Notes under the pieces: generated by a model | The model's input: only the letters and a program-made list of their open reading frames with translations | Told to the model about the DNA's origin: nothing | Databases searched by the model: none | Shown here: positions 1 through 12,949 of the stretch, piece after piece | How positions within the stretch are numbered: position 1 is the stretch's first letter | How the letters are laid out: the number at the start of each line of letters is the position of its first letter | Assembly (NCBI GenBank): GCA_002269645.1 | Contig: NIVC01000666.1 | Coordinates: forward strand, 1 to 64,000 | Direction: 5' to 3' | Origin: Macrostomum lignano | Lineage: Eukaryota | Length of the DNA stretch: 64,000 nt | Made by a program: the position numbers and the translations under genes

Positions 1-1006
1 AAATCAAGTCGCAAACTCGTCAAACTGTTGAAATATTCAACGTATTACTTGTAAAAAAGGAGAAAATGCTTGGAATTTCTACTGCCTCTGAATATTTTCA
101 GCAGTACAACGATACAACGATTATAACAAAACAAAGCTCTCTTTGTGAATTACTAAATGAATTAAAATGGATCACTGCAGGATTAGAGAATCCAGTAATG
201 TAATGTGACAGTGAAACTTACGAGCGTATTGTTGCCAAAAGCATTTGCAAATTGCTGAAAAACTTCAATTAAGTGCTTTGCTTACCCAAATTTTTACCGC
301 TGTACAAAAAATTGCTTTGCTTCAATTGCCAGATAGATTTTTGTGAGCCTTGTCTCTGTTGCTAGTTCGGTCAAATGCCGAGCTCTGCTGTGTATCTACA
401 GAGAGGCTCACAGACTCAATTCCTTTTCATTGTCGCTATTCGAATACTAGCGAGTTTTCGGCCCTGTACGTTGACTTATTCGACACAATGAGAAGGCGCA
501 GCACTATGTGGTCTTATAGCTCAAAACCCCCGCCTGCATTACTCTATTCTTTCCAAACCTCTCTCCATACAGTGCTGCACACATAAATTGCCACAGCGTA
601 AGCCAACAGAGATCTAATTTTACAAAAACACGAGAATCTCTCCTGCACGCTCCAGCCAAACGTGACGGAGACTGACGAACGCCTGAAACTGGATTTGTGT
701 AAATGTAAGTGGGAGTCCTGACGGCGCACATTTGAAAGTTTTATTGATTTGTAGAACTACTAGTTCAAATAGGAAAAAAATTTACACACGGATCTCTCTT
801 AATAAAATGAAGTAATTAAGTACGGTACATAATCATGTAAATGTAGAAGCTCATTGGATTTGAGTGTTTCCGTTCTTTATTCTTAACGACGTCTGTTAGA
901 TGCAGTCAGTCAGCGTTTTGGCACAATGCCTCCTACGTTGTACAATGCTTAATCATTGGCTAGAGTTCAATCGGCGGTGTTAATCTTCCAGGTGAGAAGC
1001 TTTAGC

Positions 1007-2617
1007 ATGTCTGTCAGCAGCAATAGAGACGGCCTGACAATGGACGCGGCCATAGAGAAGATCGGATTTGGCCGGTTTCAGATCGGCCTGGTAGCCGTCT
1101 GCGGCACCGTTCAGGCCGCGGACTCCATGGAGATGATCCTGCTGTCGTTTCTCGGTCGGAGCGTGCAGTGCCAGTGGCACCTGGCGTCTCAACAGATCGC
1201 TCTGCTGGCAACCTGCGTCTTCATCGGAACAATTTTCGGTGCGCCAATCCTTGGGGCGATCTCCGATCGGTACGGCCGGTGGAACGCACTGCTGCTGAGC
1301 GCATGCCTGATCGCCTACTACGGAGCTCTGTCAGCCGCGTCGCCCAACCTCACTTGGCTTTTAACGCTTCGGGGCTTCGTCGGGTTCGCCATCGGCGGCC
1401 TCATCCCGCTGACGTCGACCCTCACCGGCGAATTCTTGCCAACAAAGTACAGAGCATTGTTTCTCATTGTGATGATGACGTTTTGGACGTTTGGCGGCTT
1501 GCTTGAGGTCTTCATCGCGTGGCTGCTTCTCGGTTCTGATGGGGTCCTCATACCAGACGGATGGAGACGGGTGCTGGCTGCTACTTCAATCCCGCTGTTT
1601 GCCATACTACCTTTGTTCTTCTGGCTGCCTCGATCGCCCAGATTCCTGCTGGCATCCGGTCGACCAGAAGAGGCCCTGGTCCAGCTGAATCGTGCGGCCA
1701 GGTGTAACGGGAGTCCGGAGCTGACGGGACCCCTCGCTTATTCCGCAACGAAGACTGGCAGAGCTGATTTCAACAGTTTGTTCGCGAATCGCACGCTAAT
1801 CAGGTTAGCTTCCTTTCGGGCGCAACTTTGATAAATTTTAATAAGATAACAAGCTTTCAAATACGCTCACGAGCAGTGGCGTCTATTATCGACCCGCAGA
1901 TTGACTTCGCTGCTTCTCTTGTTTTGGTTCTGCGGAGGGTTCCTCTACTATGGCCTGGTGCTGCTGACCACGGAGCTGCCCGGCCTGCCGCACAGGTGCC
2001 TGCAGAGCCCCGGACTGATGAGCAAAGTCACAGCCGGCAAGTCCAGCTCCGAGTGCTGCCAGGCACTGCGCAGCGCAGACTATGAAACAGCCGCCCTGGC
2101 CACGCTGGGGGAGCTCTTCGGCTACCTGATCATCGTCATTTTCATTGACATAATCGGCAGACGCGCCGTGATGGCGGTGAACACGGCCTTGCTGAGCATC
2201 CTGCTGTTCTGCATGCTGTTCTGCATGCCGCAGCTGGCGCTCACGGCGCTATTGTTTCTCGCTCGCGGCTGCTCATGCGCCGCATTCACGTCGATCTACA
2301 TCTACACGAACGAGGCCTACCCGACCACCATCCGCACTCTCGGCATGGGCGTCTGCTGCGCCGCTTCCCGCATCGGCGCCCTGCTCACGCCGTTCGTTGC
2401 TCAGGTGATGCTGCCCGACTACTCAGTGAGGGCAGGCCTGCTGGTCTATGCCGCCGTGTCCATCCTGGCCACCGTAGCGGCCGCCTTCTTCCCGTTTGAA
2501 ACAAAAGGACGCGCGCTGAGCCAGACTGTTGAGGAGACGGAGGCCGCAGCTGCCGAGCCGGAGGATTCCAGAAGCCGGCTGGGGCTGCTGCCGCTACCGA
2601 AGATGCCGGCCTCATGA
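1007..2617 (+). CDS. SVOP: Synaptic vesicle 2-related (SVOP-like) MFS/SLC22-type transporter, 2 exons (1007-1803, 1900-2617), ~504 aa
   Basis: ATG at 1007. Intron 1804-1899 (GTTAGC...CCGCAG) joins the two ORFs in frame (I-R-L-T-S). Family motifs: IEKIGFGRFQ, ADSMEMILLSF, GAISDRYGRW, EFLPTKYR, WLPRSPRFLL, IDIIGRR, YTNEAYPTTIRTLGMG, PFETKGRAL. About 12 hydrophobic segments. Confidence 0.88.
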
Positions 2618-3234
2618 TGCGCGAGGTTCCCAAGACCTACAGCAGTTTGGGTGCCGCAAGTTCGCTTCGAGATTGAAGATTTTGCTTTCAGGCCTTCAAA
2701 CTCGTGAAAAAAAATTTGTGGGCTTATGAAGTTTCGAGATATTCGGTGCTGTGGATTCGACAATGTGTAGTTTTGAGCAGGTGAAAGGGAGCCTCCAAGA
2801 GAATTCAACTGCAGAAAACAACTGCGCTTCTGTTGTATATTTTATAGTTACTATGAAGCGTTTGTCAGATATGATCAGGTAACCTGAATTGATTCCTGGC
2901 GGCCAAAACTAGCGCATGGATGTCTGTATCTCCTTTGTTGAATTCATAACTTAACGGCAATAAAAACTTGTTCAGAAGCTGCTACGCATTGCCACTTCTT
3001 CAATGTGGCGATACAGTAATTGTTAAGCGGCTTCAAATTTCTCAAAACAGTTTTTCCAGAAGCCAATATGCAGAGCAAGAGCAGTCCGCTGGTCAACCAG
3101 TCATCAGAGGAGAAGCATAAAAAGCCAAGGCTGAACAGTTCAAGACTGACAGTAAAAGTTCATATCAATAGTCCATCAGTTCGCATGATGACAATATTAG
3201 TAGCAGTAATATTGATAATATTCAAACGCCGGAG

Positions 3235-3985
3235 GAGACACACTGGGGGGGGACGCCGGAGGGAAACTCTTGGGGGACGCCGGAGGGGACACGCTGGGGG
3301 GGACGCCGGAGGGGACACGCTGGGGGGAACGCCGGAGGGGACACGCTGGGGGGACGCCGGAGGGGACACGCTGAGGGGAAACGCCGGGAGGGGGAAACGC
3401 CGGGAGGGGGAAACGCCGGGAGGGGGAAACGCCGGGAGGGGGGAAACGCCGGGAGGGGGAAACGCCGGAAGGGGGAAACGCCGGGAGGGGGGAAACGCCA
3501 GGAGGGGGAAACGCCGGGAGGGGGAAACGCCGGAGGGGGAAACGCCGGGAGGGGGGAAACGCCGGGAGGGGGAAACGCCGGGAGGGGGAAACGCCGGGAG
3601 GGGGAAACGCCAGGAGGGGGGAAACGCCGGGAGGGGGAAACGCCAGGAGGGGGAAACGCCGGGAGGGGGGAAACGCCAGGAGGGGGGAAACGCCGGGAGG
3701 GGGAAACGCCGGGAGGGGGAAACGCCGGGAGGGGGAAACGCCGGGAGGGGGAAACGCCGGGAGGGGGAAACGCCGGGAGGGGGAAACGCCGGGAGGGGGA
3801 AACGCCGGGAGGGGGAAACGCCAGGAGGGGGAAACGCCGGGAGGGGGAAACGCCAGGAGGGGGAAACGCCGGGAGGGGAAACGCCGGGAGGGGGAAACGC
3901 CGGGAGGGGGAAACGCCAGGAGGGGGGAAACGCCGGGAGGGGGAAACGCCAGGAGGGGGAAACGCCGGGAGGGGGAAACGCCGGA
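3235..3985. repeat. G-rich minisatellite, ~16-bp unit GGGAGGGGGAAACGCC
   Basis: Directly visible tandem array with consecutive G-tracts. Confidence 0.95.
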
Positions 3986-4742
3986 AATCGTTTATGCACA
4001 GGCAGATTAAGCTCAGTGGTTAATGAGTCCGACTCTCAAGCCAAAGTACCAAGAAATGAAAAAACACGGCCTGACGTTTTGTTGCGCACTTTCTCAAACA
4101 AGAATCAAATCGCCAGCTCTCTGGACCGTCAAGATATTCAACAATTCCGCCAGAAGGTCGGATTTTTCACATAAGCGCCAGTGTGCAGCCTTGCCAAGCC
4201 TCCAAATTTCATCAGCAAGCCGACCAAACATTCTCTGATATTTGCCTGGTAATTTCTACCGCAATTAAACTGAATTTTGAAGTTAGCTTTTACTGCTGAT
4301 TGATTTCTAATCGCTGCAAGAAAAAATGCAATAATTTTTCGCCTCTACTGCGGATCAATGCAAGTTTTGCAACAGCAATAAAAACTAAGTATAATTTGGG
4401 AATAAGCAGGAAGTTTTACAAAATTTTATTATACAGACGGAATATGTGACCGGAGCAATCTTGCTTGGTCCCAGCGGTAAAGTGCATCGCAGTGTTTGTT
4501 TGTTCGAATGGCGGTGGGAGTGATACGATTGGAGACGAGAAATTTAATTTGTTTAAGCAAGCAATCAAATTTTAATTTGATAATGGAATTATTCAATGCG
4601 CGAATGTAAATTTATTACAAGTGCATATCAGGGATTACCAATCTTGGTTACCTCGGAGTGTTTTTTAAAACTGCAACTCAGAACCACTTGAATAAAAAAA
4701 ATAAACTCTGCTCAATGTAAAGCGCGAGCTTCATCAGCCAAT

Positions 4743-7700
4743 CTAAACACCGGTCTTGCTCCTCAGTCTCACTGTGGTGTCGAACCCGGGACCACGGTGG
4801 CCGACAGCTTGATCGTCGCTCGCGCCCTGCCTGACCTTCTGCAGCTGGGCCTCGTACCTCTTCTGCAGAGACTCATTGACGCTTTCCAGCGCCTGCAGCT
4901 CCCGTCTGGTTGCCTGGGTGATATCGTGCGGTCATATTTGGCTTCAGGTGTTAGTTGTCAGCATTTTGTTAGTCTGATGTCAATAATTGATTTTGAAGTG
5001 GTTAATTACCATTCTGGATAAGAGTTCAGTTTCAACAACGAAATAACAGAATTAAATATGCAATTAAAGTTTGCTTTGGAAAATTTTGCGACCAGCGATT
5101 ACAAAAAAGCGCAGCGGGTTAATTAGCTAGTCAGTGGCATCGGCTTTTCTGGCCGTCTGGATGTTGAAATCGTTGACGTTTTCGCTGGCCACCTTGTCCT
5201 GTCTGCTGAACCCCGTCTCTCTGAAGATCGCATCGTGCAGCAGCTGCGAAGAGAGTCAAGGATGCTTTTGTGAGGGATTAGCGATGATTTTGTAACTGCT
5301 AGCTTGGGATTCGGGAAAATGGGAGTGTGTCTGTGGGATCATTTGCAAGATCTGGGATGTGGGTCAATGGGATCATTTGCAAGATCTGGGAAGTGGGTTG
5401 ATGGGATCATTTCTAGGATCCGGAATGTGAGTCAATGGGATCATTTATAACATTCAGGATGTGAGTTAATGGGATTATTTGTAGGATCCGGGATGTAGGT
5501 CAATAGGATTATTTGTAGGATCCGGGATGTGGGTCAAAAGGATTATTTGTAGGATCCGGGATGTAGGTCAATAGGATTATTTGTAGGATCCGGGATGTGG
5601 GTCAATGGGATCATTTATAGGATCCGGATGTGGGTCAATGGGATCATTTATAGGATCCGTAATGTGAGTCAATCGGATTATTTATAAGATTCGGGATATG
5701 GGTCAATGGGATCATTTATAAGATTCTGGATGTGGGTCAATGGGATCGTTTTTAGGATCTGGGATGTGAGTCAATGGGATTATTTGTAGGATCCGAGATG
5801 TAGGTCAATGGGATCATTTGTAGGATCCGGGATGTGGGTCAATGGGATCATTTGTAGGATCCGGGATATGGGTCAATGGGATCATTTGTAGGATCCGGGA
5901 TGTGGGTCAATGTGATCATTTGTAGGATCCGGGATGTGGGTCAATGGGATCATTTATAGGATCCGGGATGTGGTTCAGTTCAATGGGTCAGTGTTTATCT
6001 GCGCATCTGCCACAGAAAAGTAATCAAATTCACAATCTCAATTCTAGGTCACTTTGGGATCTCTGGGAGTGGTCCCACCTGCACATCGCCACCCACGCTA
6101 CTTGCAGCGATATTAGATTCGAAAATCTCACCTCGTCTTCTTCGTAGATCGCGGATGGAACAACCGACCTCTGCTTTGCGATTCCCTGGCGAATTTGTGC
6201 CTTTGAAAATTATTTTTATTCGCTGTTAACTATATTTTAAGCAATAGTGTTTGATTCTTTATTAGAAACTTCAATCGAGTGAAATCGAGAAAATTCAATC
6301 ATTATGATAGAAAAATGAGTTTGCGACTACTATTAATAATATTCCTGAATTTTTAGAATCAGAAAAAATCTATCAAGCACAAACTTTGAAAATCCAGGAT
6401 TGATTTTTTCATTAAAAGCGCCTTTTCATTGGATGAAAGCTGCTTTCAAACGCTGCTTCAAGGAGTGCATTGTTATGAAATTCTGAAGCTCCGAAGGCGA
6501 GAATAAAGTGAGCATTGCTGGCCTCACCTCAAACCTCTCCGTCTTGGCTTTGAGCTCTTCGTTCTCCTCCGTCAGCTTGTCGATCGCGCTTCGGTCCTCC
6601 CTGCTCTGCTCCATCGATTCGTTCAGCTGCCGCCGAAGTTCGGCCACCTCGCCGGTCAGACGGGCGGCCGCCTCCTGCGAAGGTCGGCCGGGAAGTTGAA
6701 GTAGTGGCGAAGTGATTTAACAGCACAATTCATTTCAGTAGCAGCAACGGTACTGACCTCGGTCTCCTTGGCACGGCTGTCCAACAGGTCTTTAAGTCGC
6801 TGGATTTCCTTCTCCAGTTCAGCTATGCGTGCATCGCGTTCGCTCAGCTCGGCCTTGAGCAGTTGGATTCAAATCATATTTATCATCGCTATAAATTTAT
6901 ACATTTCTCTGTGCAATTTCTGCCGTTCTCGTGATCAATTTGGGACGTTTTCGTGTTCAATTTAGGACGTTTTCGTGTTCAATTTGGGACGTTCTCGTGT
7001 TCAATTTGGGACGTTTTCGTGTTCAATTTGGGACGTTTTCGTGTTCAATTTGGGACGTTTTCGTGTTCAATTTGGGACGTTTTCGTGTTCAATTTGGGAC
7101 GTTTTCGTGTTCAATTTGAATCGTTTTTATGGTCAGTTTGTACTGTTTTAAGTTTAAATTTGAACCGTTTTCGTGTTCTTGAGCTACGAACTAAACCCGT
7201 TAGACACAAACGAAGTTCTAAGTACTAATTCTAGTTTATTAGATTTCTTTTTTCGAGCTAGATACTAAAGCTCTCAAATGGCAGAAATAAATTCTTAGAA
7301 TCCTACTGAAGTATAATGCAGGTGGGATTCCTACGAGCGTAGGTGTACATGAAGCTGTGCAGTTGAAGAACTTCCTGTTTGCTAGGGCAGTTTGGTTTAT
7401 ATTCCTTGTCAAAGCCGTGCGAGTTACCTTGTGAGTCTCCCTCTCAGCTTCTAGCATCGCCTTCAGCCGGGCGATCTCGGACTCGAGCTCCGTCTGCACG
7501 CTGCCCAGCTGGTCTCCGTGCTGCTGAGCCAGCTGCTGCACCTCACGCTCGTGCTGCTCGACAAGGAGAGTCCGCTCGGCCTCGTACTGGACCCCCAGAT
7601 CGGTCATCTGGCGCATCAGGGCCGCCATGCGGCAGTCGTGCTGATCAATGATCTCTTTAAGCTGCTCAGTCGTGGCGCTGCGCATCTGATCGGCCTCGAG

Positions 7701-10700
7701 CTGGTGCTTCTCCTGCTCCGCCTTCATTGCCCGGTCCATGTCTTCCACTTGCTGAGTACAGGGTGCAGGGTAGGCAGGGTTGAGTTAGCTGGTTTGCGAC
7801 AAAATCGTGAGAGGGCATTCTGTCGTTTCTTTGTCACTTCAATTGTTTGTTTCACTCGGTATAACATCGTTTCGGATTACTTTCTCTCGACTTTTTTAAA
7901 CGACTGCAAACTGACTGGGAAACGACGGGTCGTTGCGCTTATATTCGTTGTAACGCGTTTTCAATCTCTTGAGTAACGCCTTGAAAGCGAATTTACCGTC
8001 AGAGAATTGCTTTTATAGTCTAGTGTTTGCTTTATATCTAGCTTAATCCTTGCTCAAGTACTTCACCGACTTCTCTGTCGCTTTTCTATAATTTTGCGGA
8101 CGTTTTAATCGTTTGTTATCGAGCACTTCAATTGGTGGTTATCAAACGCTTTAAAGCGCTTTTCAGACTTCAATCACTGATTCTTCCCCTGTCAAGCAAC
8201 TACCAAGGTTAAAGAGGTAAAGAGGTAAAGAGGTAGATTGTGAGAGGTAGATTGTGAGAGGTAGATTGTGAGAGGTAGATTGTGAGAGGTAGATTGTGAG
8301 AGATATATTGTGAGAGGTAGGTTGTAAGAGGTAGATTGTGAGAGGTAGATTGTAAGAGGTAGATTGTGAGAGATAGATTGTGAGAGGTAGACTGCCAGAA
8401 GTGTATTGTTAGAGGTGGAAAATGAGACCTAGATTTTGAGTTGTTGCTTAGTTCGGAAAAGTTACCCAAAATGCCTTAGACAGTTCTTATCTCTCCATTG
8501 CCTTGAGCTTTTTGACGAGTCGTTCGTCGCCTTGCAAATGCCCCTGTAGCTCATTACAGCCTGCCGAATGCAGAACACTTGGGAGTTCAACTAAATAGGT
8601 TCTTTATCAGCACTTTTCTGTTCAGGTGGAAAAGTCAGTTGCTACTAGCTTGTCAATTTGCAAAAGTCCGCAATCTTTCTATAGACGCAGAATAAATAAT
8701 GCAGGCTAATGGCGCCCTAGGGGCTGCTTTGAAAACTACTCAAGGAGGGGCTGCTCACTTTCTTTGTCCGCTCCTTCTGCTGCCGCATCGTCTCCTTGGC
8801 CTCCACCTCGAGCTGTCGATTCCTGACCCGAGCTTTGCGCCTGCTGACAAAATCCTTCTCGTAGTCCGGCAGCTTGCCATGCTTCAGACAGATGATGGCT
8901 GATGGGGTGACGGAGGATTTTGAATGTCTTGGTCAACAATTTTGAAAAGGGTGCGTCTAGTTTGTGGTTGAAGCTGGCTTTGAATGGCTGAAGGCTTGAG
9001 CCACCAGTGCTCCCTGGTTACAGTGTACGGGCTTCTTCACCGTAGAAGATGCTCTGATCAACAGAGTAGTTGAATTGATAGGCAAAAATAATAATAAACG
9101 ATATTCATTCATTGGGGGCTATTGCGCGGCGCATCTGAAGGTTTACGTACGACTGTTAACTCCAAGGTCGCCAGGCACACCCTCAACTACACCAGCTAAT
9201 GCTGAAGCAATGCAGAGTTGAGTGTCCTGCTAAAGTACACAAATTATTCAGTCGCCAGTCAGACACTCCAACCACTAGGCTACAACCCCTTACGCTACAT
9301 CCTCATTATAGGCGACACCACCAACGTAGAGCATATGGAACACGAGACTTCCAACGGCTGATGAACTGATCCGCTTTAGCAGTGCGGACCAGAAATTTAT
9401 GTTGCAAGTTATCAGTGCTACTAAAATATTCCAGATTGCAAGGTGAGAATAGAGATCTTAAACAAAACCACTTCGGCACCTGCTGCAACCACAACCACGT
9501 TTTGCATGCTTGGGAGATTTAAGGCTGCAGCTGATCTACACTCACCTGTGACCCACTTGTTCCTGATGGATATGTTGTTGGCCTCGAATACCATTGGCTC
9601 CTTGGCGTCTTTGCCGTTCTTCAGCTGGAAGCGCACGGGCCTGCTGTTTTTGTCGTAAATTGGGGTCACTTCAGTGCACTCTCCGATGGGGATAAAGGCC
9701 CTGAGGTTGTTGCTGTCCACCTCGGCTGGGTTGTCCGCGAAAGCCATCCCGAGCTGGTACAGCACGCACCACTTAGGATGCTGGGTGTGGTTCTTCTTCA
9801 CCGGCAGCAGGAAGCCCTGAAATTTCATTCTAGTGTGTTTAGACCCTGATGGATTAGGGACTAAAAAGTTCACGGACTAACAAGCCGTTTCTTTCAGTTT
9901 ATCTCTCTACATCGCTCTATCCGTCACTCTTGTTGAGTATATCTAAACTCACATTGAGGTGGATGCCCTCGAACAGGCGGATGTTGAGCTCCTGCATGGC
10001 GTTCTCAACGTACTTCAAGTCGGGATTGCCCTCGCCATCCAGGACGTACATGCCGTTGTTCTCATTTAGCTTGGCGTTGAACCGGACCAGAGCTTCCTGA
10101 AAGTTTAGCGCGGTGCTCCCCATCACCTCCTTCTCCTTGCGACTTGGCGTGTTCGTGGGCAGCGCCATGACTTTCAGGACCACGTTGGCCCAGTAGTCCA
10201 CCTCCTCCCAGTCCATGACCACGGGGTATAGAGTCCGCTCGTTCTGGTGGTCCCGCTCAGCAAATGTGGTGAAAATTTTCCACCAGATCTTCGTGCATTC
10301 GTCCGTCATCATGGAAGTGTGCTGGTCTTTGACCTGAGCTCGGCAGAGAACCCAGCACACCTCGTGCACTCTCTCGACACAGATCTTCTGCTGCTTCACA
10401 CTCTTCTCCTTCACCAGAGTCTGCACCGCCTCGTGGATGACGCTGTCAAGGTACAGCCTGCACTCTACCGTGTCCAGCTCTTTCGGGGCGCTTGTGTCGA
10501 AAATTTTGAGCAGCTCGCTAAGATTTCCATCGGCTGACAGGTTGTGGGACAGAACCTGCATGAGGATGGAGGGTTCATATGAGGTCATTCTGATTCCAAG
10601 CTTACGATTTCAATGGCTTTTGCACTCGAATGCAAATGCAGACCACACTAAATGACTATCATACCATACTAAATGACCCTCAGACCATACTAAGTGACCC

Positions 10701-11392
10701 CCAGACCATACTAAGTGACCCTCAGACCACTAAATGACTATCCTACCATACTAAATGACCCCCAGACCACTAAGTGACCCTCAGACCATACTAAGTGACC
10801 CTCAGACCATACTAAGTGACCCTCAGACCATACTAAGTGACCCTCAGACCATACTAAGTGACCCTCATACCATACTAAGTGACCCTCAGACCATACTAAG
10901 TGACCCTCAGACCATACTAAGTGACCCCCAGACCACTAAATGACCCTCATACCATACTAAGTGACCCTCAGACCATACTAAGTGACCCTCATACCATACT
11001 AAGTGACCCTCAGACCATACTAAGTGACCCTCAGACCATACTAAGTGACCCTCAGACCATACTAAGTGACCCTCAGACCATACTAAGTGACCCTCAGACC
11101 ATACTAAGTGACCCCCAGACCACTAAATGACCCTCATACCATACTAAGTGACACTCAGACCATACTAAGTGACCCTCAGATCATACTAAGTGACCCTCAG
11201 ACCATACTAAGTGACCCTCAGACCATACTAAATGACCCCCAGACCACTAAGTGACCCTCAGACCATACTAAGTGACCCTCAGACCATCTAGCTGTGACTC
11301 ACCTGCAGCTTGGACCTCTTCACGGCGTTCTCATTCGGCTCTTTCAATGTCTGCAGAGCCTGCCAGATCATGGGCTTGATGGCGTGGAGCAT
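4743..11392 (-). CDS. SWAP70: SWAP-70/DEF6 family protein (EF-hand-like N-terminus, PH domain, coiled coil). Exons 11392-11303, 10555-9953, 9816-9546, 8898-8759, 7751-7428, 6853-6758, 6674-6528, 6170-6132, 4913-4743; the 3' exons are less certain
   Basis: Spliced N-terminus MLHAIKPMIWQALQTLKEPNENAVKRSKLQ|VLSHNL resembles SWAP70 LKAIWHAF...SKSQLKVLSHNL. KIWWKIFTTFAE...YPVVMDWEEVDY resembles [25 protein letters not shown]. PH-like exon GFLLPVKK...KWCVL...FEANNISIRNKWVT is followed by coiled-coil exons. All junctions are GT-AG with consistent phase. Confidence 0.82.
5330..5965. repeat. Intronic minisatellite, ~34-bp unit TAGGATCCGGGATGTGGGTCAATGGGATCATTTG
   Basis: Visible tandem array, degenerate at its left edge. 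Confidence 0.9.
6930..7120. repeat. Intronic minisatellite, 22-bp unit GTGTTCAATTTGGGACGTTTTC
   Basis: About 8 near-perfect copies. Confidence 0.95.
8205..8395. repeat. Intronic minisatellite, 14-bp unit GAGAGGTAGATTGT
   Basis: Visible tandem array. Confidence 0.9.
10650..11290. repeat. Intronic minisatellite, 21-bp unit AGACCATACTAAGTGACCCTC (SWAP70 intron 1)
   Basis: About 30 copies; ends ~12 nt from the donor at 11302. Confidence 0.95.
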
Positions 11393-12129
11393 TCTCACCT
11401 GGCTCTGATGTGCGGATGTTCAGATAAACAAACAAAAAAGATCTCTGATGCAAACAGAAGCCAAACTAAGTGAAATTGTTGATGCTAAGCAAAACAGCAG
11501 AGACCAACGAACTTCCAGATGTGCCCAGGCTAAAATAGCCAATTTGCAGAGAAGAGCAGCGAGTGGGGGGGGCCTGCACGATGCGCGAGAAATGTGCATT
11601 GGTGGGCACAACTTGCTCCATTGGTGAAATGCTTTTCTACTATTTAACGCACGAAGAAACACTCCCGTTCGGGGCAGAGAGAGAGAGAGAAAGATGTTCC
11701 ACACGAATGCCAGATTTTTAGCGAGAGCAATACGTAGAGAGATATAATACGAAAATTGCGCATATTGGCTAGGGGGGGGTGTTACAAGGTTGTGCAGGTA
11801 CGAGGCGAGACAGAGACTGAACAAGACGTCACTGCGGTAGACGCGCAGAAAAATAAAAGAAATATATACGCTTGAGTAAATAAGTCTGAGCACGGCTAGA
11901 CTTCTCGTTTAGGCAGTTTGTTTGTTTACAAGGAAGCCTGGAAAAAATCAATAATGCAATAAAACTGGCTATCCTTTTTTATGCCGCAGAAATAAAGACC
12001 GGCCCTATTTCTGTAGTGTTCTAATTAAGTCTTTTAAGACCGCTTATTAGATTAAGATTAGTTAGATTAAGACTTCTAATAAGCCGTCATTAATCTAACC
12101 ATAACAATAACCCTAACCCTAACCTAACT

Positions 12130-12444
12130 AATTGTGTGCATACTGGCGCACTTTAAGCGACATTGTCACACAACCGGCGAGAGGCATTGCTGCCCATTCC
12201 GCCGACTCCCCTGAGCAGGCACACAAGCGCGTGGATACGTACGCAGGCACACACTCACACAGTAGTGTACAGCGGCCCTAACTTTATTTATCGTTAGACA
12301 TGTACACTTCACTGTGCCTTGGGGGTTGGCCCTCAATAGCGTTGATTTCACGAGCCCCAAATTAAAGTGACTTCATGTACTTGGAATCGAGCCTGGGCCG
12401 CTGGCACACCAGAGCGCCGCGCTTGACCACTGGGCTACGGCCCC
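12130..12444 (-). mobile_element. Probable tRNA-derived SINE with a telomere-like tail
   Basis: The minus strand begins GGGGCCGTAGCCCAGTGGTCAAG (A box) ... GGCTCGATTCC (B-box-like). It does not fold as a complete tRNA, and the ~250-bp body ends in TTAGGTTAGGGTTAGGGTT. Confidence 0.6.
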
Positions 12445-12949
12445 ATAACCCTAGCCCTAGACTCAACCTTAATTCAAACCTTAGTCATAGACGCCAGCCC
12501 TACTTCTAGTCCCTAACCCGTACCCTTGCCCAATGCTGCAGCACCTTATCTACAGTACCTTATCACAATGGCCAGCAGTTGCAGATTTAACGCAGACGTC
12601 AGTTTCTATTTTCTAAGGCCATCTACCGTCCAGGTATCGTACCACTCTTGTTTCGGCTCGTTTAAAGGTCCGAGCTATTTTTATAACCCTACTAAATATG
12701 CTATTATAGTCAGCCTAGGTGGGCACTGTAAAATTTATCAAGTGCAGACTTGCTAAATATAGGCTACTTCACGGATAAGCCATCGTTGATGCATGCTAAA
12801 CTGCTTATAGCATTAGTACTGACAGCGATGTATTCAGTGCAAAGTCATTGACTTCTGTTCCCTAGAAGGAATGACTTTATGACTTCCTTAAAAGTACTGA
12901 AATGGGCAGGGTATGACCAATTATAGAGCGATCTTGGTAGCTTAGCGAT

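Noticed and set aside
988-998. Shared CCAGGTGAGAA just upstream of both the SVOP and SWAP70 start codons
   Set aside because: It is explained by ordinary splice-site-like sequence. Two short occurrences are not enough to claim a motif or a trans-splice signal.
4770-4800. tRNA T-loop-like motif GGTTCGACACC on the minus strand
   Set aside because: It lies within a coding exon, with no A box or cloverleaf.
12375-12444. Functional tRNA genes here and at 51003-51070
   Set aside because: A and B boxes are present but the acceptor and anticodon stems do not pair. Both continue into SINE-like bodies.
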